The notes beneath the pieces were generated by a model that saw nothing but the letters and a program-made list of their open reading frames with translations, was not told the origin of the DNA and searched no databases. A DNA stretch of 64,000 nucleotides from NCBI GenBank assembly GCA_024704765.1, contig JAKMXF010000110.1, forward strand, positions 310,001 to 374,000, given 5' to 3'. Position 1 is the first letter of the stretch; the number at the start of each line of letters is the position of its first letter. Shown here piece by piece: positions 23,744-37,208 of this stretch. Both the position numbers and the translations under genes were made by a program. Origin of the DNA: Oopsacas minuta. Taxonomy: Eukaryota > Animalia > Porifera.

Positions 23744-25354
23744 ATGACTGAAATTAAAGAATCAATTCGATATCTTCAAGATGTAAATATAATCACAGCT
23801 CCTGCTTATGAGCTTGGAAGGGGAACATTTGGTGTTGTTTACAAGGCCAAATGGTTGGGTGCAAATGTAGCGGTGAAATACCTTCATTCTCATTTGTTCT
23901 CTCAACAACCTGAACGAGTTTGGAAAAAGATTGTCCGAGATTTTGAAAATGAATACAAGTTTCTTGCTAACCTGAGACATCCGAATATTGTACAATATTT
24001 TGGCCTCACGAAACAGAATGAAGCGATTGGAATTGTAACTGAACTTGCTTGGGGTAGTTTGTTCAAAAGAAATTATATGAAACCTCGTCTCACACTAAGA
24101 CACGTTGTAGACTGTGCTATTCAGCTTGGAGCTGGCCTGAGATATCTACACGAACAGAACCCACCAATTATCCACAGAGATTTCGCCTCTAAGAATGTTC
24201 TACTTGGATTCGATGGTCAAGCTAAAATCGCAGACTTGGGAGTTGCAACATTGGTATCACCACACGTTACACACATGACACAGAGTCCAGGTACTGAGCC
24301 TTACATCGCCCCAGAATGCAGAATCCACAAAACATACACAGAAAAAATTGATATATTCTCATACGCAGTTACCATTTTAGAACTTTGCACAAATCAAGTA
24401 CCTAAACCGAAAAATATGTTTCATTGTTCAGAAGACCCTAACACAGGAATTAGATCTATCACACAAGTACCTGAAGTTAACCGCAGAGAAAACGATTTGA
24501 GAATAATCGGTCCCACTCACTGTCTCTATAATATCATTCTAGAGGGAATCAAAGATGAACCAGAGGCTCGACCATCCGCTCACCAAATGCTCACTCTTTT
24601 AAATAAAATAAAATCAATCTCCGACTACACAAATTGCCCCAAAGAAGGCATACTTGATGGAATACAGCATCACCGTGAAAAAAATCTTCAACAACAAATA
24701 TACACAAAAGAAGCAGAAGTAATGCAAATGATGTATCAGCTCGAACAAGCTAAAAAGGATCTACAAAATATGAAAAATAATTTTATAGCAAAAGACAATA
24801 GTATGCCTTACAGACCAATAGCTCGTCCAAATTTATCATCAGTAGATCAAAAAATAAACCAACCAGATTTAACACTACAAATGGGCCCAAATACACCAAC
24901 AGATTCTATGTTACAACAGAGAATACAAAGACCAAAAGATCTACCTATACAGAAAAACAACCTTGTGATTAGAGGGAAGAAACATAACGATATGACGGCT
25001 CTCAAGGACCCTTATCCCAAAGCTTCACCAACACGAATGGACATATCAAAACAACTTAATCAATACGAATTACAGAGACAACAACAAATACAACAAGCTC
25101 AACTACAAGCTAAACCTCAAACACCTGTACTAAACTTGTTCAATCCACAATTTAATCAACTTATCCCAGAACACAGAATTCCCGTCTACTATATCCCAAG
25201 CAGACAATTGACAAACGATACCATGGATGTCAATAAAATGTACATTGTTCCAAACGCATACGACATGATTCCACGGGGGCAACCTCAAAGCATAGAAGTA
25301 TATCCTGTAACAGAAAATACAACTGCAAATTCATCCTTCACTCGGAGTTTTTAA
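23744..25354 (+). CDS. Intronless tyrosine-kinase-like (TKL) protein kinase with C-terminal coiled coil and Q/P-rich tail
   Basis: 536-aa ORF: LGRGTFGVVYKA, VAVK, LRHPNIV, HRDFASKNVLL, KIADLG, GTEPYIAPE, KIDIFSY; then heptad-like QQQIYTKEAEVMQMMYQLEQAKKDLQNMK. Confidence 0.9.
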   Translation: MTEIKESIRYLQDVNIITAPAYELGRGTFGVVYKAKWLGANVAVKYLHSHLFSQQPERVWKKIVRDFENEYKFLANLRHPNIVQYFGLTKQNEAIGIVTELAWGSLFKRNYMKPRLTLRHVVDCAIQLGAGLRYLHEQNPPIIHRDFASKNVLLGFDGQAKIADLGVATLVSPHVTHMTQSPGTEPYIAPECRIHKTYTEKIDIFSYAVTILELCTNQVPKPKNMFHCSEDPNTGIRSITQVPEVNRRENDLRIIGPTHCLYNIILEGIKDEPEARPSAHQMLTLLNKIKSISDYTNCPKEGILDGIQHHREKNLQQQIYTKEAEVMQMMYQLEQAKKDLQNMKNNFIAKDNSMPYRPIARPNLSSVDQKINQPDLTLQMGPNTPTDSMLQQRIQRPKDLPIQKNNLVIRGKKHNDMTALKDPYPKASPTRMDISKQLNQYELQRQQQIQQAQLQAKPQTPVLNLFNPQFNQLIPEHRIPVYYIPSRQLTNDTMDVNKMYIVPNAYDMIPRGQPQSIEVYPVTENTTANSSFTRSF

Positions 25355-27159
25355 TGCATACCTGCTTATATCATATTGTATATAGCGATTTAATTATCCG
25401 ATATGATGTTTTTTTTAAATATACAAAATAACAAAGAATATATTATTTAATCTAAGTTTCTAATTCAGCAACTGGCATTTGAAACCATAGTATTAATTAA
25501 ACTATTCTTCTAAGGAAGCTAGTTGCATTTCTGTTGCATTTCTACGTGGCAAGGAAACAAGGCTAGATTGGTAATAAAATATCTTGTGATAAGCAGAATA
25601 GATATTCAATACCTGGATGATAAAGTAAGATTCCTCGTGCATAAACTGATAATACGAATCTGATTGAAGACATTCTATTTTCGAGAGATAAGGCTTGATT
25701 GAGAATGCAACTATCATTCTAAATAGTGTAAGCTTTTCTTAGAATTGAAAAGCAATTTGGAATTGTTACTGGGAAAAGGTCAAATGATTTTCGATATATG
25801 TCATTTTGAATAGTTAGTTTTGCCAAAGCATAATACATTGAAAGGACATAAGTATGCAATTCTGTATAATATGAATAAAGTGTAATTGGAAAAGGACTGT
25901 TGATACCAATTCAGTTCTATTAATAAACTTGTAAATGGCTAATTTCTCATACAGCACGTAAAGCACGTAGCTCTGTATCAGGTATTGATGATACAGGAAT
26001 TAATCATTTTCAATAACAGAGCCTAATACTTGACCTTTCATAGAAAGTGTTCTTTAAAGTATCCTAGAAAATTCCAATCCATAACTCTTGATTCAAAGTA
26101 ACTAATACTTCAACAATATTACTAGTTGAAATCTATTTCGGGAGTATTGTGAGAAATTTACATAACGTTTTCACTATCGAATTGATATTGTTAACTTAAT
26201 ATGTGAATGTTAGAACTATAATAGTAATTATGGGTTTGCTACATATTTGGAGATGAACTCGTATTGTACACTTTTAAATTATTTCAAATTACTTTTTGAT
26301 AAATTCAGACTGCGAAAAGACCCGAAAACTAAATATATTGTTCGCCAAAGACTTGAGTTCATATATGCAAGCAGAATTGGTTTATAATTTTAGATTGTCC
26401 TAAAACAGAGCTATTAATTGTTAATTGACAAAGAAACACGTAGAACTAATAATATTAACATAGTACGGATAGTTCCAATTAGATCTTAAACCAGCTGGTG
26501 GATGTAGAAACTAACACTATCATGTAAATCTTAATGTTGCCTACGTATATGTTATTTTAATTATTCTTGCTGTTGTTGGTTCTATTTGGGTTCACAGGCG
26601 TATTAATGGCATTATGGAAATAACCACATTGTTTTGTTACTTGCAAAAGCATACAATAATTACACTTCCCTAATTACAGCCTAATAAAATGTGTATTGGA
26701 GTCACAATAATTCTCCAAACATTGAGAGGCTAATTAAAAGTATTCGTCGACATGCCTAGTCAGTCGATCACCAGTGAAAGTTCTTAAGTTCTATAGAAGG
26801 AATAGAACCACCAGTTTGATAACTTTGAGCAGGAAGAGTTAGAGATAAATTACCGGTAACATGATATAGTTTTAAGTGGAATTAATTTGAGACTTAGATT
26901 GGAAATTCTAAATAAGGAAATAATTAAAATTAGATTTATATATTAAAGGCACTGTATTCTTGTCAGGTAGATTAATTTCCATATTAATACTTTTATTACT
27001 TATTAAAGTACTGGAATAATGATGACATGTTAAGAAGAGTAAATCGTCGTATAATGATCTAATCTGTATGATCTATGCCCAACATGTGCTTTGATTAATT
27101 TGTACTTTTAGTGGATACCTAATCTACGAGTTATTTGACCGAAAAAGAAAAAGAATATA

Positions 27160-27282
27160 CAGTGATTGACAGTTATAAAAAACCTTTGGGAGTAGCAATA
27201 CATGTTCTTATATCCGGAAAAATATACTGGAATAAATGAGAACCGTTTTTCAGAGGGCGCTGCTTTTAACCGGCTTCTATTG
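27160..27282. mobile_element. MITE family B copy
   Basis: ta|CAGTGATTGACAGTTATAA ... TTTAACCGGCTTCTATTG|ta; core acatgttcttatatccggaaaaatatactggaata is shared with 22590. Confidence 0.65.
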
Positions 27283-29478
27283 TATAAATATGAAGGATGT
27301 ACCAGATAGCTCAAACAAAATGTGCAATAAATAGTGCAGTTTAAGCTGTCTAGTAATAATAATATTATTATTATTATTACTTTTTAGGTGAAAAATACTA
27401 ATTTCAAAGCGAATCACATTTTCCTCTGACTAGACTTATACAATAATTTCATAATAATTCTGAAGTATGGAATGTTACCAAACAAGCAGCATCCTAAATA
27501 CCTTACCTATATTTAAAGAGTAATAATATAATCTAATATACATATCTTGTGCAAGAATTGCATAATTTTCAGTACGTATATCGTAATAACAAGTTTTGCA
27601 GCTGTATTCTCTAGATTACTTCATAGGAACTAACAATGAAATATTTGTCCATTATGTTAATATTATGACAACTAGTTACACGTATAAGCTCAGCAATGCG
27701 TACAATTACTCATTACAAATTCATCTGTAACTTTAGAATTCTAATATTTCTCGTTTCAATATTATTCAAATTTACTTACAATTTGTAAAACTGTTGAGCT
27801 TAGAATCATGGAATAATCATACATCTGTTATTAACACTTACGTATGACAAACGTTGTATTTATTTCGTGTTGACTATAAAAGTAAAACTTGAGGAGGGGG
27901 GGCTTAAGCGATCCCTCATGACTATTGCATCGCGTACAATTTATTATGATTAAATCATAAATTAATGTTAAGCTAAATTTACACTCATTATTATAATGAA
28001 TTAGCACAATTTCGTCTAATCTATGAACTACACCTGTAATAGCATCCTCCCTGATTAAATATTGTCTCATAGATATTCAACAAATTCATTAACTTGTTAG
28101 ATAAGTTAATTGCATAGTTACCAAATTGTCGTTATATATTTGACACTACAATTGTGGTTGTTTGAAAGCTTGCCAATACATAGGAAGTTAATACATAATA
28201 CATTATATTTCCATGTTCTTAATACCTATCATAGTTACCAAATATTCACATAATTATTTCAAGCATATAAAGTAACCTCATTTATGTCATTATTTCCTCT
28301 ACCACAATTAGATAAATGTCAGACTTATACCATATTATTAAACTGTAATGATGGAGTAATGGAGACCTAAAGATTCCATAAGGATAATTAATAAACTATG
28401 AGAAATATATAGTATTTTCCAGCTATCTAGATATGTATGGATAAATTTCAAATACATTTAAATTATAGACACACAGTTTAGGAGTTTAGAAGTTCTTCCT
28501 CTGACTTATTAATTTAATTAATATCAAATTGCATTCATTGACAAATGTAGATACAATTAAGAGACATAGAAACTGGGCAGATGATAATACTAGTACATCC
28601 AATTATGATATCATTGTGAGCTATGTGGTATAGAGATATGGACAGATGACTATTCTACTAATAAAACCTCAACAGGCAGAATATCTAGCCTATGGAATGT
28701 AGGAAAATTATATTAGGGAAATTTAGCCATATTATAAAGATTGGAATAAAAACTAACAAGGAAAGATGTGCGATCTGATTCTCTGTGAATAGTCATTTTT
28801 GTAGAACATATGCTATCAAATTCTTCGAAAATTTTAGTTGAAAACGCTATTTCACTGCTTTTCCATAGGTAGTGGGTAGATATGTTCTAAATCAATAAAG
28901 ATATAACTGCTGTTATTGATAATATTATAATTAGTTATTACAAAGGTATGTACAAATGTTTCATATACTATAAACTATAAATATAGTCTTTGACGAAAAT
29001 TGAAATTATTGATTATGCACTAATTCCTGTATATATTTGTTACAATAGGATACACAAGTAACTAAGGAATTAATTTGAAAAGTGAAAATATGATTCACAC
29101 CTGATGATGCTCAATAAAAGCTGTTAATTAAGGAATTGTATTTTGCGAATCTATCTAATCAATTTAAATTACTATTTCTATGTTCTGTAAACGGTAAGCA
29201 GATAATTTGACCGTATAATCGCGACCAACTATATCATATTGGAATTTGGAAACTAAGATATCTACAATTTGGATGATATTATTTTTCAAGTACCAAAAAT
29301 TTTGCTGATTTCTAATAAAACGTGAGAATTCGGGGAAATAAAAATTTGGAAACCATTTGTCATGAGATATTATAACGAAGATAACATCAGCAAAATTCTA
29401 GTGAATTTAAATAAAGTAATTTTGTTGATTCTTGCAAGGAATCTTTCAATATTTTGAGAGGTTATAATAATAGAAATA

Positions 29479-29619
29479 CAGTATAACTCTAGTAAGACAT
29501 AGCCCTCAGGAAACAAAAATTAGTACGTATTATCCGTATTAAATGAATGCGAACTTAATTTTTAGTTGAAAGAAGAAGTACGTGTTACCCAAGAGGCTAG
29601 TCTTATCCGAATTCTACTG
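29479..29619. mobile_element. MITE family C copy
   Basis: ta|CAGTATAACTCTAGTAAGAC ... GTCTTATCCGAATTCTACTG|ta. Confidence 0.65.
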
Positions 29620-30173
29620 TAAAAACCCAACAAGATATCTCCGTATAATTAGATAATTTCGAAAAATATGCTTAAATATCTCCAAGAACAATAGAAAAGG
29701 AAAATTATAGTAACTTCGCTCATAAATATGCTGTCAGAATATGTAAGTTATAATCATCAGTGTAGGTTATGTAACAATAAATATATTTTAATATAAACTT
29801 CAAAATAATGAAATTCTCTTTGATTAATGCGGAATGACTGTTCATACTTTAGAATTGTGTAACTTTAGAAATGTGTAAATTCTATGCATAATTGCCCCTT
29901 TCTACCGCAGCAAACGTTAAGAGTAGAAATCAAATAGAGTTATCAGTTTTTAAGAATGAATCATTAATATTATAGGAAATATTATATTCTAACAACTACC
30001 AAATTACAATAAGTAATCATTACACTTGTCAGAAGTTATGTCATCTCCTCCCACTCAACAGGAATTATTACAGAGTAAGAAATTATTAATATTTGAACCC
30101 TATTAGAACTAGTGCATTTGATATTTTATTTATCATGTATTATGGATTCTGGTTAGCAAATTACACTTAACTA

Positions 30174-30313
30174 CAGTAGGTCCATCGGGACCAGCCGGCC
30201 AGGCCATTTGACCCTATAATGCGGAAAAAGGTGTTGGCTCGATTGACCCGAGAGAGTAATTTAACACTTTTTGTATAGTTCTGTGTCTGGGCTCTATTTA
30301 GCGGAGTCAACTG
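30174..30313. mobile_element. MITE family E copy
   Basis: ta|CAGTAGGTCC ... CTATTTAGCGGAGTCAACTG|ta; core shared with 5221-5336. Confidence 0.55.
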
Positions 30314-32186
30314 TAAATGAACTGTAAAGTACTCAGAATATTCAAGTTAAATACCAGGATGGTCAAACAATTAGAATTATAGTCATTATTAATATATTCG
30401 CTTAGAAAAATGCGTTCAACAAGCCATATGGACATATTTCTACCTGTCTCTTATACACATCTCTCCTAATTATGTAATATTTCAAAATGCACACTTGCCT
30501 GTGGTTAGATATTCAGAATTTTAAAGTTAACACTTTTAAATTATACAATAATTTTGATTTCACTTTCGTTATTTCCATAACTTATCATGGAAATAGTTCT
30601 GATCATTAAATTCGGTTAGCATTTAAATTACCTCTAACATCATATCGTATAAATTTTGCTAAAAATCCTGTCATTAAAGTATTAAAACACAGCAAAAAAT
30701 TATGCTGAAAAATGTTAAAATTACGTAATAATTTTCTAATTTAATATTTAGTTTGACATATAGTATTTCGTACATTACAAATTTGTGTGTGATGAGATTT
30801 GTACACGTTAAAACCAAGATCTGGCCCTCATGTTAATATATTAGTAATTTAACCATTGCAGTCAGCAAATTACAAAGACATAACATGTGTGTTCACCACA
30901 ATGCAACGGATTAACAAGATCTCATTAAAGTATCTGATAAGGAATAATGGGTTAGAATAAATGTGTAATCATATGTTAATTGTATCATAATTTATTAGAA
31001 TAATCATGGGGGTAGTTCTAAAGTAATCTTTGTGCATTACACTGCATACATCATGTCTATTCTATAAAATAGGATGGTATTATTCAGCTAATTTAGATAA
31101 TTAGATAGGGTTAATAATGGGAATTTGTTAAGAGTTGTTTCTGACGGATTAAGAGAACTGGACATGTTGAAAAGTAATGAAGGAATTATAGCTAATTCAG
31201 TTGAATTAGTAAGATTCTTATTACTGTATAGAGTATTATAGGAATCGATATCAATGAGATGTCACAGTAGGACATTATGAAGAAATTGCTATAGGTTAAG
31301 CATGAAATAGTTTTTGTATTCTCCTGTATAAGCGTTCCGGCACTTCAGTTAGAACGTGCTTCCTATATCTATAATCGTACGCGACTTATGTAGTTGGAAA
31401 TGTATGCAATCTAGAAGCCACATAACCACAGGGTGATCGGGGCTAATACTTTTCTGTCACTCTGTCAGTGAATTTTCAAAATAGCATTATCAGTTTAACC
31501 TCAATAAACATTAAGTTCATTATATGTTCATGCTAACATATTTCATGGAGTGCCCAAATATGTGAATACTAGCAAGATCATGCTAAGTTAATGCCAAATT
31601 CAGATTTTAATCCCATAACTCAAATGTTTGATTAAATAACATTTTATCTCATATCCAATTATAGGATTTTTCCTATGACCCTGAATCCCTGAAAAAACTT
31701 GCTATTAGGCGAATGTTGCTATAGGCGAACACAGTGCACTGTGCGTACAAATTTTGTTTTCCCGAAGGTCCGTAAATTTCTACAAATAATTCTTTACTAC
31801 GAAAACTAATTATAAATTGATAATAATCAAAATCAGGCTAGTCATACCAGAATTTTCACAAATGGTAGCATTCAATTAGAGGACATAAATTAGTATTGAT
31901 TGGAATTCCAAACTAATGCTTTCGATACTACGGTTACGACCTGTATGTACTATCTGTAATATGTATATGTATATTTAAAACTGGCGAGAGATATATTTGT
32001 GGTCGGAATTCTAAGCTATTGGATATATGGTTAATGTAATTCATTCATAAGAAACAGTCGCATCTGTCAATTATAATATGTTGGTTCATGGCTGGTTATC
32101 CCGATTAAGCAGTAATTAACTCGAGTATTCCTCTTTAATAATCGCTTCCCACGCTAAGGAGTGTGCTAAATACTATATACATTATA

Positions 32187-32317
32187 CAGTGTAAGCTTCA
32201 CAAACGGGCCTGTGGAATCGGGAACTGGAAATGGAGTGAAAAAACAAAATGGCGAATTCCTATTCCTATACAAATGAACCTCCACAAACTGAGCACCCTG
32301 TTTGTGGAGGTAACGCT
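32187..32317. mobile_element. MITE family D copy just 3' of the FYB-like gene
   Basis: ta|CAGTGTAAGCTTCACAAACG ... GTTTGTGGAGGTAACGCT; internal tacaaatgaacctcca is shared with the 48320-48498 copy. Confidence 0.6.
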
Positions 32318-32478
32318 ATATATAACAATACTATAAATAGAATATAGCAATATTTGGAATTTGAATTTGTGCAATGATAATAATGCATTCAAAATATACA
32401 TTGAATCCTCAGAATAGTTTTACAATACTCAACAATTAACGCAATTATTATATACGAATGTAACGTAAATTTACAGAG

Positions 32479-33894
32479 CTAGTCAGTGGTGCTATACAGT
32501 TGTTCATCATCATCAAATGTTGGTAGAATATTCTGATTTAGGATGGAGGGAGCAATGAACCCAATAGCGGATTTATCTGGTTTCTCAGCGAGCCATGCAC
32601 CTTTTGGCATCTTTTTATGCTCCTTACATATAACATGCACGATTTCCCCAACATCTACGGTTAGATTTTGTTTCCCCTTTAAGTTATTCAAGCTAGCTAT
32701 TTGTGCCACCATTAATGGTTTGTCAGATTCTTTAATATTGTAATATTCAAAGAAAACTTTGCGTTTTTTCTCCAGCTCTTTGGTGTTTTTCTCCAATTCT
32801 TTCTGTCGTTTTTTCTCCATTTCCATTTGTTTTTTACGAAATTTCATTTCTTCCGCTTTCCTCTTCTTCTCCTGAGCAGGTGTGAGCCCCTTCTTTGGGC
32901 AAGCGGCTTCCATCTGGTTAGCAGAGTCAGGTACCTCATCGTAGAGTTCCTCCCCTTGTACCCCTTTAGGAGAACTAGCCCTGGGTGTTATACCAACATT
33001 TTCTACGTCATCATATAGCTCAGGCGAACTCGTGCCTCTACGCTTTATACCCACGTTTTCTACGTCATCATAATATTCACCCGTTAAATCTGGATTCTGG
33101 TTCTCAACGTCATCATAAATATCCTGTTCGTTAGGTTGTCTTATACCGGTATCAGCTACATTTTCCACATCGTCGTAGATATCAAGGTCAACCTCTTGGC
33201 CATTACTCTGTGCAGTCAGATTCTCTACGTCATCGTATGTATCTTGATCAACGACATTAGTGACGTCATCATATACATCATCATCGTCATCAGCATAGTC
33301 TTGTGTATCCATTGCTATTCTAGGTTTCTTGTCTCTGTCAATAGCTGGTGGTTCATTTGTATCGACAGAAGATAGAGACACACGTTTATAGCAGATCTTA
33401 CCGATCTCAGTATTACTGTATGAATTTTTAAACGGTTTCGGTTTTACAATTGGAGGTGGTTGTTTGGCAACTTTCACTTTCCTGAGGTTTGAACGGAAAT
33501 CAGTTTGTTGCTCTTCAGTTTCGCCTTTATCCGGTCCCATGCGTTCTACCTTTTTTAAGAGCCGCCTCTGATTAAGCATATCAGATGGTATTAGCGGTCC
33601 TGTCGTGGTGCGTCCAATAGGGTTCGATTTGGTGACTGGAGGTGGGCCCTTGGCACCTTTCTTTTTTTGTTGAGCGGCGGCGACTTGCTTTTTAGATCCT
33701 TTAACGTCTTTGGGAGATTGTGATGGTGGGGGAAGTTTAGCAGCGATTGTATTATTACGGTCTGGTAGAGCTGGAGCTTGGTAACGGCTCATCTGTTCAG
33801 GAATGTATCCTGCTTTGTTAAGCTCATCCTCTAAATCCGCATAGATGTCATCTTCAGGACAATCTGCATAGATAGCTTCTTCGGCCTCGGTCAT
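32479..33894 (-). CDS. Intronless FYB/ADAP-like adaptor: Pro-rich N-terminus, YDDV repeat array, coiled coil, C-terminal helically extended SH3-like domain
   Basis: 471-aa ORF with six YDDV plus one YDEV motif, a K/E-rich helix (KKRKAEEMKFRKKQMEMEKK), then an SH3-like fold (KQNLTVDVGEIVHVI...GAWLAE...IGFIAPS) and a terminal acidic Tyr motif (DDDEQLYST). This matches the FYB/ADAP layout by memory. Confidence 0.7.
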   Translation of the reverse strand: MTEAEEAIYADCPEDDIYADLEDELNKAGYIPEQMSRYQAPALPDRNNTIAAKLPPPSQSPKDVKGSKKQVAAAQQKKKGAKGPPPVTKSNPIGRTTTGPLIPSDMLNQRRLLKKVERMGPDKGETEEQQTDFRSNLRKVKVAKQPPPIVKPKPFKNSYSNTEIGKICYKRVSLSSVDTNEPPAIDRDKKPRIAMDTQDYADDDDDVYDDVTNVVDQDTYDDVENLTAQSNGQEVDLDIYDDVENVADTGIRQPNEQDIYDDVENQNPDLTGEYYDDVENVGIKRRGTSSPELYDDVENVGITPRASSPKGVQGEELYDEVPDSANQMEAACPKKGLTPAQEKKRKAEEMKFRKKQMEMEKKRQKELEKNTKELEKKRKVFFEYYNIKESDKPLMVAQIASLNNLKGKQNLTVDVGEIVHVICKEHKKMPKGAWLAEKPDKSAIGFIAPSILNQNILPTFDDDEQLYSTTD

Positions 33895-36800
33895 CTAATC
33901 TTCTAAATCAAATCACGTTAAATATATAAATTTAAACGAAACTGTCAATTTGATAGGATAGTCATTGTGCTAGAGCGAACTATAATATGTATTTCATCCT
34001 TACCAATCCTTATAATTATTCCACAGATTTTAGAAAAATTTTCCAAGTTTCACATCCATAAATATGCAAATACTTTCCTGAATTTCTTGTAAAACCCCGG
34101 GAGGGTTGGAAAGTATGGTATTTAGAGTGACCGTTTTCACGGAGCTACCACTGTTAAGAAATTATTATTATACATACTCAATATAGTTTGGAACTGCATG
34201 GAGACAATCGTGTACAAGGATTATATTAGCAATGCATTTAGTTGTGGAAATATTTTGTACAGCATGCATACGTTGTAGCCATAATTTCAAATTACGAGCA
34301 ATACTATACAAGAATTCAGGATATAATAAATGAAAAATGGATAATATAGATCAACATGTACTTGACACGTTGCAAGTGGTAGCAATGTATTATGCAGTGA
34401 TTAAGTAAATGAATCATTGTAAACCTTAGAACAGGCAGAGAGAGCTACGCTTGCCATCTGGAATTACGAAATACAAACTATAGAATAGATTTCCTGGATG
34501 AAATTGAAAGTTAACATAATAGTTACTACAACATAATATCTCGATTTTTGGGAAATTTGATGAACAATTAAGTTACAAGAATGGAGAATAGCTATATGAA
34601 TGATATTACAACAGGTGTAAATTTGCCGTTCCTAATATCGAAACGCAAAATTTGACAACAAGGCAAAAATGAATATCCTTCTAAGGGATTTGTAACGGAT
34701 GATACTTACATCATAGAAAATGTAGAAGTAATTCTTGCAAGCTACGTGCATAAGGAATAAAAGAACTAATCATTTTTGGGAATAGAAAGTACTCCCGGTG
34801 TATATTTGAGGATTTAACCTTAACAATTTTGGTCTACTTCAGCAAAATCACAATAAATTAGCAGATTGCACGTACGCATAACTTGTTACCTAATGTGTTG
34901 GGGATAATACGATTGGAAGATCTTAGTGGCGATGATGGTAATAGGTCAGATATTGAATACAATTGTGCAATTGTAAGAATATTAGAGTTAAGGGAATTCT
35001 AAGGAAAGAGCTTTTTCACTAGAAATCTTACACCCAGATTTGTGGATCCACAGTAACAAACATATTATGTGAGAACCGAATTCAATATTCTTAGTGAAAT
35101 TGGTTACTCTATCTGTGTGGCTATGGCAGTTATTCAAAAACATTTTGATATCAAGGTCACAAAATCAATCCTTCCGTCTGTAGAAGTGAACTGTAAAATA
35201 TCTAGAAAGATTATATGCGAAAGAAGCACTCCGTCAGGTCAATAACCAAACTAATAATATAATTATACCAGAAGCCTTTGATACTATGTCGTGTCATGAA
35301 ATATTTCTTCTACATTTTAGCAAACAATTCTGCGTATTTACGTGAAAATTTGCCAATTATGATCAAATCAAATATGCTGAAAGTGAAACACGAAACATAC
35401 ACGAAGAGAACATTATAATGCAGATGGATCTAGCAACAACTGGTATCGCCAATATCTCTGAATAAGTACTCTGAACCGGGACATATGAAAGTATACAAAT
35501 TATCGAAGAAATATTGAAAGTAGTGAATTCCTAGCAAATTGTGTAAAACAGTATTTTGAATGTATTATTCACCAGATTACTTTTCTACGTCATGAAGCAA
35601 GTGCAAATTAATGACATATAAATATTAGGGGAGATTACATGAGAATTCCCCGGGAATATGAAATGATATTCTACTCGGTTTCATTAAACATATAAGGAGA
35701 TGGGATAATATTATTAGATAATGGGCAGATACCAGAATGAAACAATCTAAGCATCAGGAATTATTTGCCATAAATTCAATAATTTCATTGAAAAGCTTTA
35801 ATTTTGTCACTGAAAGGAAAGCTCGAAAGTTTATATAACATATTTGCAAACAGCTGTAACAATCTGAATTATAATTATACATTAACAATAGCTATTCTGC
35901 TGATTTAGACGAAAACTAGAAATGTGTAGTATGCGAAATTTAGAATAAATATGGCGAAACTATGATAATGGACACCTCCACTAAGTTAAAATTTCAAAAA
36001 TATCATTTAATCAGATTGAACAAGGTTATAACCCCGCTAGTGGCTACATCCTACGTTAGGAATTCAGTTGCCTCCGCTCAATTTAGCCCACGATGAGAAT
36101 GAGTAATATAATCTATCATAGATTATGTCTGTGAATTATTTGAATCATTCTTCATGATAAATTCATCCTAATAATCACTCTGATTAAATAGAACGATCTT
36201 TATTACAAATTTTCAATAATTAACTTGAATTAGTCAAGAATTAGTGCAATACGAACCAGGAATATATGATAGTTAGAAAATACACAAATATGCTGACAAT
36301 ACACTAAAAACAATCAGAATGAGGTTACAAAAAGTCCCTTTAGATAAATTTACCAAATAATAAATCCAATGCAAATGTAATAGCAGCCATATGCAAAGGT
36401 ATCAGGGAAAATTCTCCATTCATTTCCTATGATTTTTTATAGAAGTAAACTTGTTTAACCTCTAGGAATATCTAATGCATATTATAAATGGGATATTTCT
36501 CAGGGTGATTGTGAGAACTTAGCAACATAAAAGGGACATAGAAATGTCTATACGGATCATAATTATTATATCCTCCGAAATGGTATGTAATATTTAGTAA
36601 TGAATTATAATATAGGATATGTTGGTATTCATGGGTATATACTCTAGGTATAGTAAGTCAGGATATATCAAATAGATTAATATATAGACACTTAAGTGAA
36701 TTTTATTAAAAATACAACTACGTAATTTAGAAAAACCCGAATTTCAATTTTGTATATTAACAATAGACTAAGAGTATTACCTAAATATTAGATTATATTA

Positions 36801-37208
36801 ACACTAAGGATAATTTTGTAAGAAATTAGCCCATTAATAAAACAATACCTTATGATTTGTAATATTTTCTATTTGAGTGAAGAACGCTATGCCCTTGGGT
36901 TACTCAATTAAAATGGGAATCGATTTTTACAATATAATACAATAAAATTGAATTAAATCGAATAGTAATCTGGATAAGACGAACAAATATTCACACAAAA
37001 GCAGGTCCCATAATGGTAACTCAATTGTAATTACTCCGGTTAATACGAACTCCAGATGGATATTGATGGCCGATATGTACAAAATAAATCGTGAGGAAAT
37101 CGGCATTAAATTGTTTGCATGGTTTAGTAAGAAGGCGAGTTATAATAATAATAGCATATATGTACGCAGGTTATAAAAGGTTACCCTAATTGCTGTCATA
37201 TATAAATA

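Noticed and set aside
26690-26860. ERLIKSIRR peptide reminiscent of an LTR integrase
   Set aside because: Too short, surrounded by stops, and no other integrase, RT or LTR signal nearby.
27108-27314. 68-aa minus-strand ORF
   Set aside because: It is almost entirely a family B MITE.
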